From contig JAOABU010000063.1 of assembly GCA_026418195.1 (NCBI GenBank), positions 4,113-68,112 of the forward strand: 64,000 nt of DNA. The letters are read 5' to 3'. Shown here in pieces: positions 41,262 to 50,128 of the stretch (the stretch's first letter is position 1; each line of letters opens with the position of its first letter). The notes beneath the pieces are model-generated. The model saw only the letters and a program-made list of their open reading frames with translations. It searched no databases and was not told the origin of the DNA. The translations under genes and the position numbers were made by a program. The DNA comes from Spirochaetota bacterium (GTDB taxonomy: Bacteria > Spirochaetota > Spirochaetia > DTKZ01).

Positions 41262-41945
41262 TTATAATTCTATATCTACCCCTAAGGACTTTGCTATGAT
41301 CCTTGCAGTATTCAATTGATGTTCTCGGGATGTTCGCTCCGCGTTCTCGCGGTCACCTTTAAGCAAAGAGGCGAGAATATCCCTATGTTCTTTACATACT
41401 TGAGCATACCTGCCGGGCAATTCCAATGCTAATGCCCGGTATGCTTCACTCTGATGGTAGTATTGCAGAGCGAGTTCCTCGATCCTCGGTGAATTAGCTG
41501 CTTTGATAATGATCTGATGGAACTCGAAATTCTTTTCAAGCATGAGGTTATGATTCATCGATGCCTGTAGACTTTCCATTTCATCGCATAGGGTTGAAAG
41601 CCTCTCTTTCTGAACCTCCGTCAATTTGGACGTAGCTAAGCGAGCACAGATACCTGCTAACGCAGCACGGATGTAATAGATTTCGATGATTTCATCCACC
41701 GACAACTTCCTTACGATGGATCCTTTGTACGGTATATTTTCTACCAGTCCGATTGAAACTAGCCGATTCAATGCTTCCCGTATAGGGGTTCTGCTTACAT
41801 CAAGTCTCTTGGAAAGGGCTAGGGTGTTCAAAGAATCGCCCGGCTTCAGTTTTCCCGTAAGAATTTCATCCCTTAAAGTCTCGAACACCAGATCTTGCAT
41901 GCTTTTATAAGCTTTCCGGATCGTCCTATATTCTGTCCCATCCAC
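41262..41945 (-). CDS. GntR-family (FadR/FCD) transcriptional regulator
   Basis: LDVSRTPIREAL HTH, with NFEFH and EH motifs of the FCD domain. Confidence 0.94.
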   Translation of the reverse strand: MDGTEYRTIRKAYKSMQDLVFETLRDEILTGKLKPGDSLNTLALSKRLDVSRTPIREALNRLVSIGLVENIPYKGSIVRKLSVDEIIEIYYIRAALAGICARLATSKLTEVQKERLSTLCDEMESLQASMNHNLMLEKNFEFHQIIIKAANSPRIEELALQYYHQSEAYRALALELPGRYAQVCKEHRDILASLLKGDRENAERTSREHQLNTARIIAKSLGVDIEL

Positions 41946-41974
41946 TATGGCCCCCTTCCCCTATCCCCTGTTCT

Positions 41975-42022
41975 GCAATTGTACATTGGATATAGTATAC
42001 ACATAGATTCAAGGGGATACAA
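41975..42022 (-). promoter_or_regulatory. gntR promoter with a putative autoregulatory operator
   Basis: TTGTAT-N17-TATACT on the minus strand, followed by ATATCCAATGTACAATTGC, similar to the 41126-41160 site. Confidence 0.6.
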
Positions 42023-42061
42023 TAGAAAGGTAAAAGAATACTAGGACTGTAAGTGTGCCTC

Positions 42062-42736
42062 TCACACCCGTAATGTAAAGGGGGTAAAATCCGTTTCGGT
42101 ATCTAACGCATCCACACCTTCTCTTTGCTTGAGGAATCGAACAATCTTGTAGGTCAAAGGGGTAATCAATATCTCATAGGCAACTTTCAGGAACCATTGA
42201 GCAAGGATTGCTTCTTGGATTCCTTTGAGGGGGATGATTCCATAAAAAGCCACTGTAATGAATACGATGGAGTCAACCCCACCTCCCACAAAAGTTGAAC
42301 CGATGGTTCTTAACCATAGGAACCTTCCTTTCGTGCGCACTTTCAACTTCGCTAACACGAAAGAGTTGAGGAACTCCCCACACAGGTAAGCAATAAATGA
42401 TGCTACCAATAACCGAGGAGAAAAACCCAGAATCGCTTCCCATGCTTTCTGGTTTTCCGCTGGCCAGAAAGGAGCAGCAGGTAACATCCCGCTGATAAAG
42501 ATGGTGAGTACTGCCAGCAGGTTACAGAGAAATCCTAACCAAATAACCTGTCGAGCCCTGGCAAATCCATATACTTCCGTAAGGATGTCCCCAAAGATGT
42601 ACGCGAGGGGAAATAGAACCATAGCTGCGGGTACATAGAATCCCCAAAAATTCACCATTTTTACTGCCACAATGTTCGAGACGATTAAGGTAGTGACAAA
42701 TAGAGAAGAAATCAGGGGAAAATACCGTAATGTCAC
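42062..42736 (-). CDS. yhhQ: Queuosine precursor transporter (YhhQ/VUT family)
   Basis: [22 protein letters not shown] and RTIGST motifs. GTG start overlaps the queF stop (GTGA). Confidence 0.92.
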   Translation of the reverse strand: MTLRYFPLISSLFVTTLIVSNIVAVKMVNFWGFYVPAAMVLFPLAYIFGDILTEVYGFARARQVIWLGFLCNLLAVLTIFISGMLPAAPFWPAENQKAWEAILGFSPRLLVASFIAYLCGEFLNSFVLAKLKVRTKGRFLWLRTIGSTFVGGGVDSIVFITVAFYGIIPLKGIQEAILAQWFLKVAYEILITPLTYKIVRFLKQREGVDALDTETDFTPFTLRV

Positions 42737-43158
42737 CGCACCGCCTCCTTTGCAGCTTTCGTTCGCACGTGCTCGCATTCTACGCTAATTCCAATACCCC
42801 CTCGAAGGTTGAACACACCAGTAACCTTTATATAGTGTGGGTCCAGAAGCGTCACTAGATCATCTAGAATCGAATTCACCACATGCTCATGGAAAGCCCC
42901 TTCGTTCCGGTATGACCATAGGTACAATTTCAGGGATTTAGATTCCACGATCTTAGTGTCTGGAACGTACTCGATCCGTATTTTGGCAAAATCTGGTTGC
43001 CCTGTAATGGGGCAAAGGCAGGTGAACTCCTCCGTCTCAAGGGTTACCTTATAGTACCGTCCTGGGTTTTTATTAGGAAACGCCTCTAGTTTTTTACTAG
43101 GTTGTGCTTTCTTCCCAAGGATGGTTAGATCCGGAGGAACTGAATTGGAACTTTGCAT
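42733..43158 (-). CDS. queF: NADPH-dependent preQ0 reductase (preQ1 synthase), short unimodular type
   Basis: [25 protein letters not shown] QueF motif, FHE and RGGI. Confidence 0.96.
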   Translation of the reverse strand: MQSSNSVPPDLTILGKKAQPSKKLEAFPNKNPGRYYKVTLETEEFTCLCPITGQPDFAKIRIEYVPDTKIVESKSLKLYLWSYRNEGAFHEHVVNSILDDLVTLLDPHYIKVTGVFNLRGGIGISVECEHVRTKAAKEAVR

Positions 43159-43164
43159 GGGATT

Positions 43165-43201
43165 CTCCTATGTTTTTTTAAGGTGGGAACTGCGACCACC
43201 C
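43165..43201 (-). ncRNA. preQ1 class I riboswitch
   Basis: Transcript GGUGG-UCGCAGUUC-CCACC-UUAAAAAAACAUAGGAG: 5-bp P1, UCGCAG loop, A-rich tail running into the queF SD. Confidence 0.88.
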
Positions 43202-43221
43202 GGAGTGTTAAGATTGGTTCT

Positions 43222-43250
43222 ATCTTATTCGTCCAGATAGTAAGGGTCAA
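43222..43250 (-). promoter_or_regulatory. queF promoter
   Basis: TTGACC-N17-TAAGAT on the minus strand, just upstream of the riboswitch. Confidence 0.7.
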
Positions 43251-43277
43251 TAGGGCATGGGGTAAAAACCGAACCTG

Positions 43278-43307
43278 TTGACAAACCCTAGGGCCCTTTT
43301 ATAGAAT
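43278..43307 (+). promoter_or_regulatory. tRNA promoter
   Basis: TTGACA-N18-TAGAAT. Confidence 0.65.
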
Positions 43308-43326
43308 GAGGCAAACGAAGAAACTT

Positions 43327-43410
43327 GCGGCGATGGTGAAATTGGTAGACACACCAGCTTGAGGGGCTGGCGAGCGTTCGCTCATGGAGGTTCAAGTCCT
43401 CTTCGCCGCA
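43327..43410 (+). tRNA. tRNA-Leu (anticodon GAG)
   Basis: GCGGCGA/TCGCCGC acceptor stem, CCAGC-ttGAGgg-GCTGG anticodon arm, long variable arm, GGTTCAAGTCC T arm. CCA is not encoded. Confidence 0.96.
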
Positions 43411-44664
43411 TTAAGTACTAAACTCAACGCGATTCTTGCCATTCATCTTCGCCCGATATAGTAATGCATCGGCTCGATTCACCAATGTTTCTGCAGATTC
43501 ACCCACTTTATACTGGGTCACGCCAATGGAGGTGGTGATTAACTTGGGGATGCCATCCAAATGTTTGGCAGATATGGCTGACCGAACCTTTTCTGCTGCT
43601 TTCACGGCATTTTCCAGCACGGTTTCGGGAAGGATGATGAGGAACTCTTCACCCCCATACCGCCCTGCAATGTCGGAGGCTCGTATAAGGGATTGAATTT
43701 TTTGCCCCATTGCCTGCAATACTCGATCCCCTGCCCGGTGACCATATTCATCATTCACTTGTTTAAAATCATCGATATCCATCAAGAAAACAGACAAGGG
43801 ATGCCCATACCGTTTCGAACGATGGATTTCCTTTTCCAACCGCTCGAAAGAGTGACGATGGTTGAAAAGTCCTGTAAGCCCATCGGTCACTGCCAGATAC
43901 TCCAGTCGTTTTCTCATCTGAAAAGCTCGGGCATTGATCCGAACCCTCGACATCAACTCTGCAGCATCAAAGGGTTTGTGAATGTAATCGTCTGCTCCTG
44001 CCATCAAGATAGTAGTCAACGATTTTTCGCCGGAAAAACGGGACATACTTATAATGATAGCATCCTTGTGGTGCGTTCGAACCCGGTGAACTACCTGTTC
44101 CCCTGACATATCGGGGAGAACAATGTCCAATATATACACGTCAAATAGTTCTTGGGTAGAAAAGAGTTCTCCTGCTGTGGTGAAAAGTTTTACATTTCCT
44201 ATCCCATTCATGGTTAAAATGTGAGATACGATTTTTAGAATTAACTGCGAATCGTCCAGAACCGCGAAGCGCAATTTTCGAATATACCGAGACAGTTCAT
44301 CTTCCGCTGAAAAAGCTTCGAAGTATCGCCTTAATTTTTCTTCGTCCAATTCTGATTTCAGTATGTAATCCATTACCCCCAGACTAAAGAACTTTTCCCT
44401 GAGCTCCAGTGAATCGGAAGACGTTACGATGATAGTGGGGATGTCCTTATGAAGATCCTTCGTTAACGTGCGGATCAGCGACTCTGCTGTTCCATCATCC
44501 AGTTCCAGAGCAGTAATGACTAGATCTACGGGGCGCTCTGCTACGATACCGAGAGCTTCTGCTTGGGTAGCGACACTGGTGATGGAATACCCATACCGTA
44601 CAACCAACTCTCGCATGATTTTTCGAAACAACTCGCTTCGATCCACATGCAATACATGAAGCAT
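43411..44664 (-). CDS. Diguanylate cyclase response regulator (REC-REC-GGDEF)
   Basis: TDGLTGLFN, DIDDFKQVND, RASD I-site and GGEEF. Two receiver-like domains. Confidence 0.93.
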   Translation of the reverse strand: MLHVLHVDRSELFRKIMRELVVRYGYSITSVATQAEALGIVAERPVDLVITALELDDGTAESLIRTLTKDLHKDIPTIIVTSSDSLELREKFFSLGVMDYILKSELDEEKLRRYFEAFSAEDELSRYIRKLRFAVLDDSQLILKIVSHILTMNGIGNVKLFTTAGELFSTQELFDVYILDIVLPDMSGEQVVHRVRTHHKDAIIISMSRFSGEKSLTTILMAGADDYIHKPFDAAELMSRVRINARAFQMRKRLEYLAVTDGLTGLFNHRHSFERLEKEIHRSKRYGHPLSVFLMDIDDFKQVNDEYGHRAGDRVLQAMGQKIQSLIRASDIAGRYGGEEFLIILPETVLENAVKAAEKVRSAISAKHLDGIPKLITTSIGVTQYKVGESAETLVNRADALLYRAKMNGKNRVEFST

Positions 44665-44682
44665 CTTTCACCTCCTCTTCCA

Positions 44683-45975
44683 TCAATGAGGCAATAGTAG
44701 GTACAGGGCAGATGCATACAGGGCGGCACTGCCTAATACAAACAACCCTGGTCTCATCAACCCTCTCAAGCTCTCCCATAATCCGGTCTTAAAGTACTCG
44801 TTGGTAACGATCAAACACACATGAATGGGTGAAAAGATCATTCCTAGATACCCACTAGTATGCGTCAAAGCAATAGTGGAAAACAAGACCCCTGGACTGG
44901 GATCTGTACCCAACAAGCGAAAGATCACTGGATAACTCGCTCCGACATACCCTACGGTAATTCCTGTAGTGACCCCACTGATAAACGGAATGAGAAATAT
45001 CAGTAAAAGGATAGGGATCCCAAACTCGTTTAGTTCTGATCGAATCTGGTCCATTAAGAAGTTCCCTGCCGGTAACCGCGCCTCTATAAAGGCACCGTAC
45101 ACTCTGGCTAGGAGGACAATCACTGCTAAACTCACAGTACGTTTTGACCCTAGTACCCGTTTCCAGACATTCCAGGAAAGGGGTCGTTGTACCTGCAGAA
45201 TGGCAATTCCTGCTAGCACCCCAATCACCATGGGAAGATACTTATCTATTTCCGACAGAGACGGCACAAATGCTAAAAATCCACTGTACACCACAATCAC
45301 AGTTAAAGTTGGTAAGATCAACGGCAAGAACGCCTTTTGAGTTCCGGTAGGATGCGTCGAGTTTTCCCTACTGAGTTTGGAGAGTAAAAAGATGTATCCA
45401 GCTCCTGTAGAAGCAAAAAACATGGGAAACATCACCAGAACGAAATTCCAGACCGAGACTCCTGTAATATCTACTGCCAATAGAATGCCTGGGTATAAGG
45501 GCCACCAGTATTCCCAGATATGACGAAACCAGTAATTGATTCTCGTTTTCTGGAGAGGATCCATTTCATGGTCAGGGTCTCCATCATCCAACAAGGGAGC
45601 AGAGAACAGGGCTCCGGCTGGCATAGGAAGCAAACCTACTACCGCAGGTAGGGCAGCAACCAACCAACGTTTGGAAAGTCGTCGCTCTAAGCTAGACACC
45701 AGATCCTTCATGATTCCTGCTTCTGCAAGGAGGGAACTCAACCAGATGACCCCTACGATCACCATCGTCAAGAAAAGAGAATCCAGTGACCAAACCCTAC
45801 GGATGATAATAACCGATGCCTCAGCCGGAGAATACCCAACCCATAATCCAAGGATAAGAATCCCGACACCTAACGCGAGCTCTAGACTCTTCCATATTTT
45901 TTGGACTAATAAAATACTGAACAAAGACAAAATGACTCGCACCAGATAAGGAGGAAACAGAATAGGTATACTCAT
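44683..45975 (-). CDS. DUF401-family membrane transporter
   Basis: GLLPMPAGALFSAP, NYWFRHIWE and SPIHVCL motifs, about 11 TM helices. Confidence 0.82.
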   Translation of the reverse strand: MSIPILFPPYLVRVILSLFSILLVQKIWKSLELALGVGILILGLWVGYSPAEASVIIIRRVWSLDSLFLTMVIVGVIWLSSLLAEAGIMKDLVSSLERRLSKRWLVAALPAVVGLLPMPAGALFSAPLLDDGDPDHEMDPLQKTRINYWFRHIWEYWWPLYPGILLAVDITGVSVWNFVLVMFPMFFASTGAGYIFLLSKLSRENSTHPTGTQKAFLPLILPTLTVIVVYSGFLAFVPSLSEIDKYLPMVIGVLAGIAILQVQRPLSWNVWKRVLGSKRTVSLAVIVLLARVYGAFIEARLPAGNFLMDQIRSELNEFGIPILLLIFLIPFISGVTTGITVGYVGASYPVIFRLLGTDPSPGVLFSTIALTHTSGYLGMIFSPIHVCLIVTNEYFKTGLWESLRGLMRPGLFVLGSAALYASALYLLLPH

Positions 45976-46018
45976 AGGATGGGGATTAACATACCGGAAG
46001 GAAAAAGAGAAATCAAGA

Positions 46019-46291
46019 TCAGATCACTTCTACCGTCAACGTTGGAAACTCTTTTTCGAATTCAGTCTTTAGATCCCGCATAAGGGATCTTCGGATTGTA
46101 GCTGTGACCACACCGCAGACAAAACAGGGATGACGGGGCTCCTCTATGTCCAGAACTACCAGTAACTTTTTCTCCAATTCACTGTAAGAAACCTTTCCTA
46201 CTAGACCCAGTTCCGCAACACTGCGAAAGGTTTCTGGTTCCTTTACCCGTTCCAGTACCGCATCGATCTTCCGTTTCATTTCTTCAGTCAT
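46019..46291 (-). CDS. DUF59/MIP18-like small protein with CxxC
   Basis: LERVKEPET...SVAELGLV and HPCFVC motifs. Confidence 0.75.
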   Translation of the reverse strand: MTEEMKRKIDAVLERVKEPETFRSVAELGLVGKVSYSELEKKLLVVLDIEEPRHPCFVCGVVTATIRRSLMRDLKTEFEKEFPTLTVEVI

Positions 46292-46934
46292 CTGTTCCTG
46301 CTCCCTTTATGAAGAAGGGTTTCAGTTCTGGCAAAGCGGATTTCAAGAGTTCTTCCAACTTCCCCCTCTCCGGTTTGATATAAAAGAAGAACGTCTTGTT
46401 CTCCCCGTAACAACAAAAGTGATACAGCAATTCTTCATGAGCGATCTTTTCGAGAAAGTTGCGTAGCCGTTCCCCCATTCCCTGTTCTTTCCAGAATAGG
46501 ATGTACCGGCGGTTATTCTTGTACACCTCCTCCGATGCCATGGATTCTACTCCATGGATCGTTCGCCGAGCCTTCCGCTCATACGTACTGCTCACAATAT
46601 GCCCTTCCCCTAGTAACTTTCCTTGGATGAACAGATTCATGTAGTACCGGTCATGTTTGGTGATAAGAAACGAAATAGGTAGGTACAGGATGGATTGGCG
46701 TGGCAGGAGTGTAAAGGTTCCTTTCGCTTCCTGAAAGGGTTTTTTCAGTTTATAGATAAAATTGTACCCTATGGTACCTCCAAAATTCGTATACTGGGTG
46801 TCCACTGGTTTTAACGCTTCTTCGGATTCTCGCGCAATCCATCCCGAGATCCACCGATTCTTTTTCCTACCCTGGAAATATCCAAGGGTAGTGATGAGAG
46901 CGAAAGCGATGAGGGGAACAATCCATTGGTTCAT
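46284..46934 (-). CDS. N-terminally membrane-anchored hypothetical protein
   Basis: N-terminal TM helix followed by GRKKN. Tightly coupled with arsA-like and DUF59 genes. Confidence 0.75.
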   Translation of the reverse strand: MNQWIVPLIAFALITTLGYFQGRKKNRWISGWIARESEEALKPVDTQYTNFGGTIGYNFIYKLKKPFQEAKGTFTLLPRQSILYLPISFLITKHDRYYMNLFIQGKLLGEGHIVSSTYERKARRTIHGVESMASEEVYKNNRRYILFWKEQGMGERLRNFLEKIAHEELLYHFCCYGENKTFFFYIKPERGKLEELLKSALPELKPFFIKGAGTDD

Positions 46935-46938
46935 CGAT

Positions 46939-47856
46939 CTAACTCCTTTCCATGTCCTCCACGAGTTCGGGAATCTCTACCTTCACCAAATCTTCTGGGG
47001 TTTTCAACCCTTCGGGGACGTATACGGATGTGAAAATGGGGAATCGATGGAAGTTCTGTTTTACCTCCTCCCCACAACCACCGTCAGAAGGAGCCTTATT
47101 GAAGCACACACTGTCGATGTGGACATCCAGCTTTTCCAGTTCATGACGGATCCGTAAGGCTTCTGCTAAAGAAAGGGTGTCTGGATTGATGATGACGGTA
47201 AGGTAACTATCGTCTTTGAATAGTTGATGCAATCGAGCTAACCTTGTCTGAATCCCTGACAGCTTCCCATAAATACGATCATCCTCCACTTTGGAAGCCC
47301 CTCGAATCACATGGGCTTCAGGATTGAGATTGAGGATCGTTTGTCGTTTCTTCAATACCTTCTCCCTCATGTCCAAGAGTTCCCGCACCCAAAGCATTGA
47401 TATGGTAGGCATTGCAAGGAACCGTAGCGTTAAGGCTGTAGGGGGAGTGTCGAAGATAATTCGGTCGTAGTTGTCTGCCTGTTCCTTCACCACATGCTCG
47501 ATCGCCCAGAGAACTGCATATTCTTCCGTACCCGGCGTGTACTTCATGATGTTGAGGTATGAGTCTAAGTTGATGGTAGTATGGTAACGGTAGGTGGCTT
47601 GAATTTCCTCCCTACTCTCTTTCAAATAACGGGTGATCCACTCCTGAAGATCCACTTCTATTCCATCCAAGTTAGGGGATAGTGTGGTTCGTTTATTGGA
47701 CAATTTCTTTCCGAACACATCTCCCAAATTGTGAGCAGGATCAAGGGAAACGATTAGGACCTTTCTACCCTTCCTGCTTAAGTAATATGCGGTTGCAGAA
47801 GATAGGGTGGTCTTCCCTACTCCACCCTTGCCTAGAAAAAAAGCTACCTTTTTCAT
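46939..47856 (-). CDS. ArsA/Get3-family ATPase (single domain)
   Basis: GKGGVGKTT, SLDPAHNL, FDTPPT and FNK motifs. Confidence 0.92.
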   Translation of the reverse strand: MKKVAFFLGKGGVGKTTLSSATAYYLSRKGRKVLIVSLDPAHNLGDVFGKKLSNKRTTLSPNLDGIEVDLQEWITRYLKESREEIQATYRYHTTINLDSYLNIMKYTPGTEEYAVLWAIEHVVKEQADNYDRIIFDTPPTALTLRFLAMPTISMLWVRELLDMREKVLKKRQTILNLNPEAHVIRGASKVEDDRIYGKLSGIQTRLARLHQLFKDDSYLTVIINPDTLSLAEALRIRHELEKLDVHIDSVCFNKAPSDGGCGEEVKQNFHRFPIFTSVYVPEGLKTPEDLVKVEIPELVEDMERS

Positions 47857-47867
47857 GTGTGCCTACC

Positions 47868-48155
47868 TCAATCAACGTTCAGCATGCCCATGATGGCACC
47901 CAATGGATCCTGAGCTAGATCTGCCCTGCTGACCATGATTCTGAGTTCCTCTTCCAGATATGGGAGAAGTTCCATGGCCATAGCAGCTGGAGGTGAGGGA
48001 AATCCTATGAAACTACCGAAGATCAGCACCACGAAGAGATTTTCCAATTCGTTCAATTCAAACTCCAGCATTCCGGTTGCCTTGTCTCGGTGAACTTGTA
48101 CGGTGGTTTCCCAGAAGGTTTCCCAAAGTTTTCCTAACGAGAGTTTATTCTTCAT
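47868..48155 (-). CDS. Small CstA/ArsA-associated protein (95 aa)
   Basis: ELENLFVVLIFGSFIGFPSP...MELLPYL resembles small proteins found between cstA and arsA-like genes. Confidence 0.7.
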   Translation of the reverse strand: MKNKLSLGKLWETFWETTVQVHRDKATGMLEFELNELENLFVVLIFGSFIGFPSPPAAMAMELLPYLEEELRIMVSRADLAQDPLGAIMGMLNVD

Positions 48156-48209
48156 AGATGCCCTTCAAGATACTTCGATGCATTAGAAAAAGCAATTGTC
48201 TATTCGATG

Positions 48210-48241
48210 AAAAAAGCCTGCATGGCTATGCCATGCAGGCT
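48210..48241 (-). terminator. Rho-independent terminator/attenuator after cstA
   Basis: GCCTGCATGGC-ata-GCCATGCAGGC followed by TTTTTT on the minus strand. Confidence 0.85.
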
Positions 48242-48262
48242 CGTATGTTTGGGATACGTATC

Positions 48263-49972
48263 CTAAGCGTCTGCTTTGGCAGTCTTGGCACCAAAGTTCT
48301 TCAGGAAGGAAACGATCATAATGACATTGAGAACCAGCATGAAAATTGTAATCGCCCCTACCACTGCGCCGGTGATCTGGTTCTTCACAAAAGCCACATC
48401 CGTCATGTTCGGAGCCCGCACGAAATGAGTAGGAATGATGACGAACTCATACCAGATCAACCCCGCTGTTACGGTGACCCAGAGGAGGAATGCGGGAATG
48501 AGTACCACGTTCGTGTACTTCTCGTTCAGTTTCTTCTTTACCCACATTGCCGCCGTAAGCATCACGATGGAGGCGATCAACTGGTTCGCTCCGGAGAAGG
48601 CAGGCCATAGAACCGTATAGTTCCCTGTCCATGCTAGACCAATTCCTAAGATGGCGATGATGAGGGATGCAGACCACTTGTTGGAGAACAGGCCGTATAG
48701 AGCGGCAGATTTTTCTTTCATGGGCAGTGCCAATTCCCCAATGATGTACCGTCCCAAACGGTTCGTAGTATCGAGGGTGGTCAACGCGAAAGAGGACACC
48801 CAGAGTGAGGCGAAAAGATTCATGAACGCAGGGGTCACGAAGGGAAGTGTACTACCTACCATAGTTCCATAGGACTTGGTAAACCTTAAAAGAGCGGGGG
48901 TAGCCAATACTTTCCCTTCCCCTAAAGCTGCGATTCCAAACCCAGCGATGGAGACTACCACGATCGTGGATAGGAACCCCTCCGTCAACATGGCGCCGTA
49001 TCCAACAAAGAGGGCGTCTTTCTCTTCTCGTAGCTGTTTGGAACTAGTACCGGATGCAACGAGGGAGTGGAACCCTGAGAGAGCTCCACAAGCGATCACC
49101 AGTGGAACCGTAGGCCAGAAGGGAGAAGGTTGACCACCGATGATCTTGGCCGAGAAACTAGTGTAGGCGGGTATGCTGTTGAAACCCTGGAAAGCAACGA
49201 GGGCTGCTATTCCTCCCATCAGGAGTCCGAAGTAGAGGAGGAAGGAGTTCAGGTAGTCTCGAGGTTGCAGCAGGATATTCACTGGAAGGGCTGATGCAAT
49301 CACGATATATATTAGGAGCACGAGGAACCAAGTATCCTTCGTTCCCTTCAAAGGAGCCATCATCCCCAACCAGAAGGAGACAATGAGGAGTATGATCCCA
49401 ATTAGAGTACTGATACCGACTCCAAGACTTGTTCGGTACATGAGCAGACCTAGGATAACAGCCGAAGCACAGAAGAGGAAGAACGTGCTGGCAACAGCCC
49501 CTTCCGCAGCGAACTGACCCGCTACGATATCACCAAAGGCGGCTACTACCAGTATACAGAGGAAAAGGATAAACCATCCAAAGGATTTTCCCGCTCCCTT
49601 TCCCATCAGGTCCTGTGCTACATACTGAACCGAACGCCCATCGTACCGTACGGAAGCCGTCAACGAGAGGTAGTCATGGATAGCACCGATGAAGATGTTG
49701 CCAAACCAGATCCAAAGGAGGGAAGGCAACCATCCCCACGCGACAGCCATGGCTGGCCCTACGATGGGTCCTGCACCCGCAATGGAAGCAAAGTGATGTC
49801 CGAAAAGAACATACTTGCTGGTGGGCACATAATCCACCCCATCGTTCAACCGTTTAGAGGGGGCTTCCGGGGCCTCATGGGACTTGAGGAGATTGGCCTG
49901 TAGCCTTTTTCCATAGGCGAAGTAGAACACAAGATAGACTACCAAGGCCACAATCGCAATTAGAGCACTCAT
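48263..49972 (-). CDS. cstA: Carbon starvation protein A family transporter
   Basis: DGVDYVP, GHHFASIAGAGPIVGP, IACGALSGFH, GYGAMLTEG, TTLDT and FSGANQ motifs. Confidence 0.95.
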   Translation of the reverse strand: MSALIAIVALVVYLVFYFAYGKRLQANLLKSHEAPEAPSKRLNDGVDYVPTSKYVLFGHHFASIAGAGPIVGPAMAVAWGWLPSLLWIWFGNIFIGAIHDYLSLTASVRYDGRSVQYVAQDLMGKGAGKSFGWFILFLCILVVAAFGDIVAGQFAAEGAVASTFFLFCASAVILGLLMYRTSLGVGISTLIGIILLIVSFWLGMMAPLKGTKDTWFLVLLIYIVIASALPVNILLQPRDYLNSFLLYFGLLMGGIAALVAFQGFNSIPAYTSFSAKIIGGQPSPFWPTVPLVIACGALSGFHSLVASGTSSKQLREEKDALFVGYGAMLTEGFLSTIVVVSIAGFGIAALGEGKVLATPALLRFTKSYGTMVGSTLPFVTPAFMNLFASLWVSSFALTTLDTTNRLGRYIIGELALPMKEKSAALYGLFSNKWSASLIIAILGIGLAWTGNYTVLWPAFSGANQLIASIVMLTAAMWVKKKLNEKYTNVVLIPAFLLWVTVTAGLIWYEFVIIPTHFVRAPNMTDVAFVKNQITGAVVGAITIFMLVLNVIMIVSFLKNFGAKTAKADA

Positions 49973-50020
49973 TCAAACCTCCTTGCGTCTGCAAGATATG
50001 TAGAATTAAGTATTTTCGAA

Positions 50021-50049
50021 ATTTTACGCCCACTTTTCTCAATTGTCAA
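50021..50049 (-). promoter_or_regulatory. cstA promoter
   Basis: TTGACA-N17-TAAAAT on the minus strand. Confidence 0.75.
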
Positions 50050-50128
50050 GAAAATCATTACAATATTGCACAGGTAGCATCGACTGTCCCTTGCACGAAT
50101 AGAGCCTTTTGCCGTACAACCTTACCAT

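Noticed and set aside
43327-43410. tRNA as an integration site
   Set aside because: No integrase, and I saw no duplicated tRNA 3' end in the window.
46939-47856. Arsenic resistance operon
   Set aside because: No arsR, arsB/acr3, arsC or arsD nearby. The ATPase is single-domain and sits in a cstA context.
48158-48610. 150-aa His-rich plus-strand ORF
   Set aside because: Antisense to cstA and crossing its terminator. No RBS or recognisable motif, so most likely a shadow ORF.
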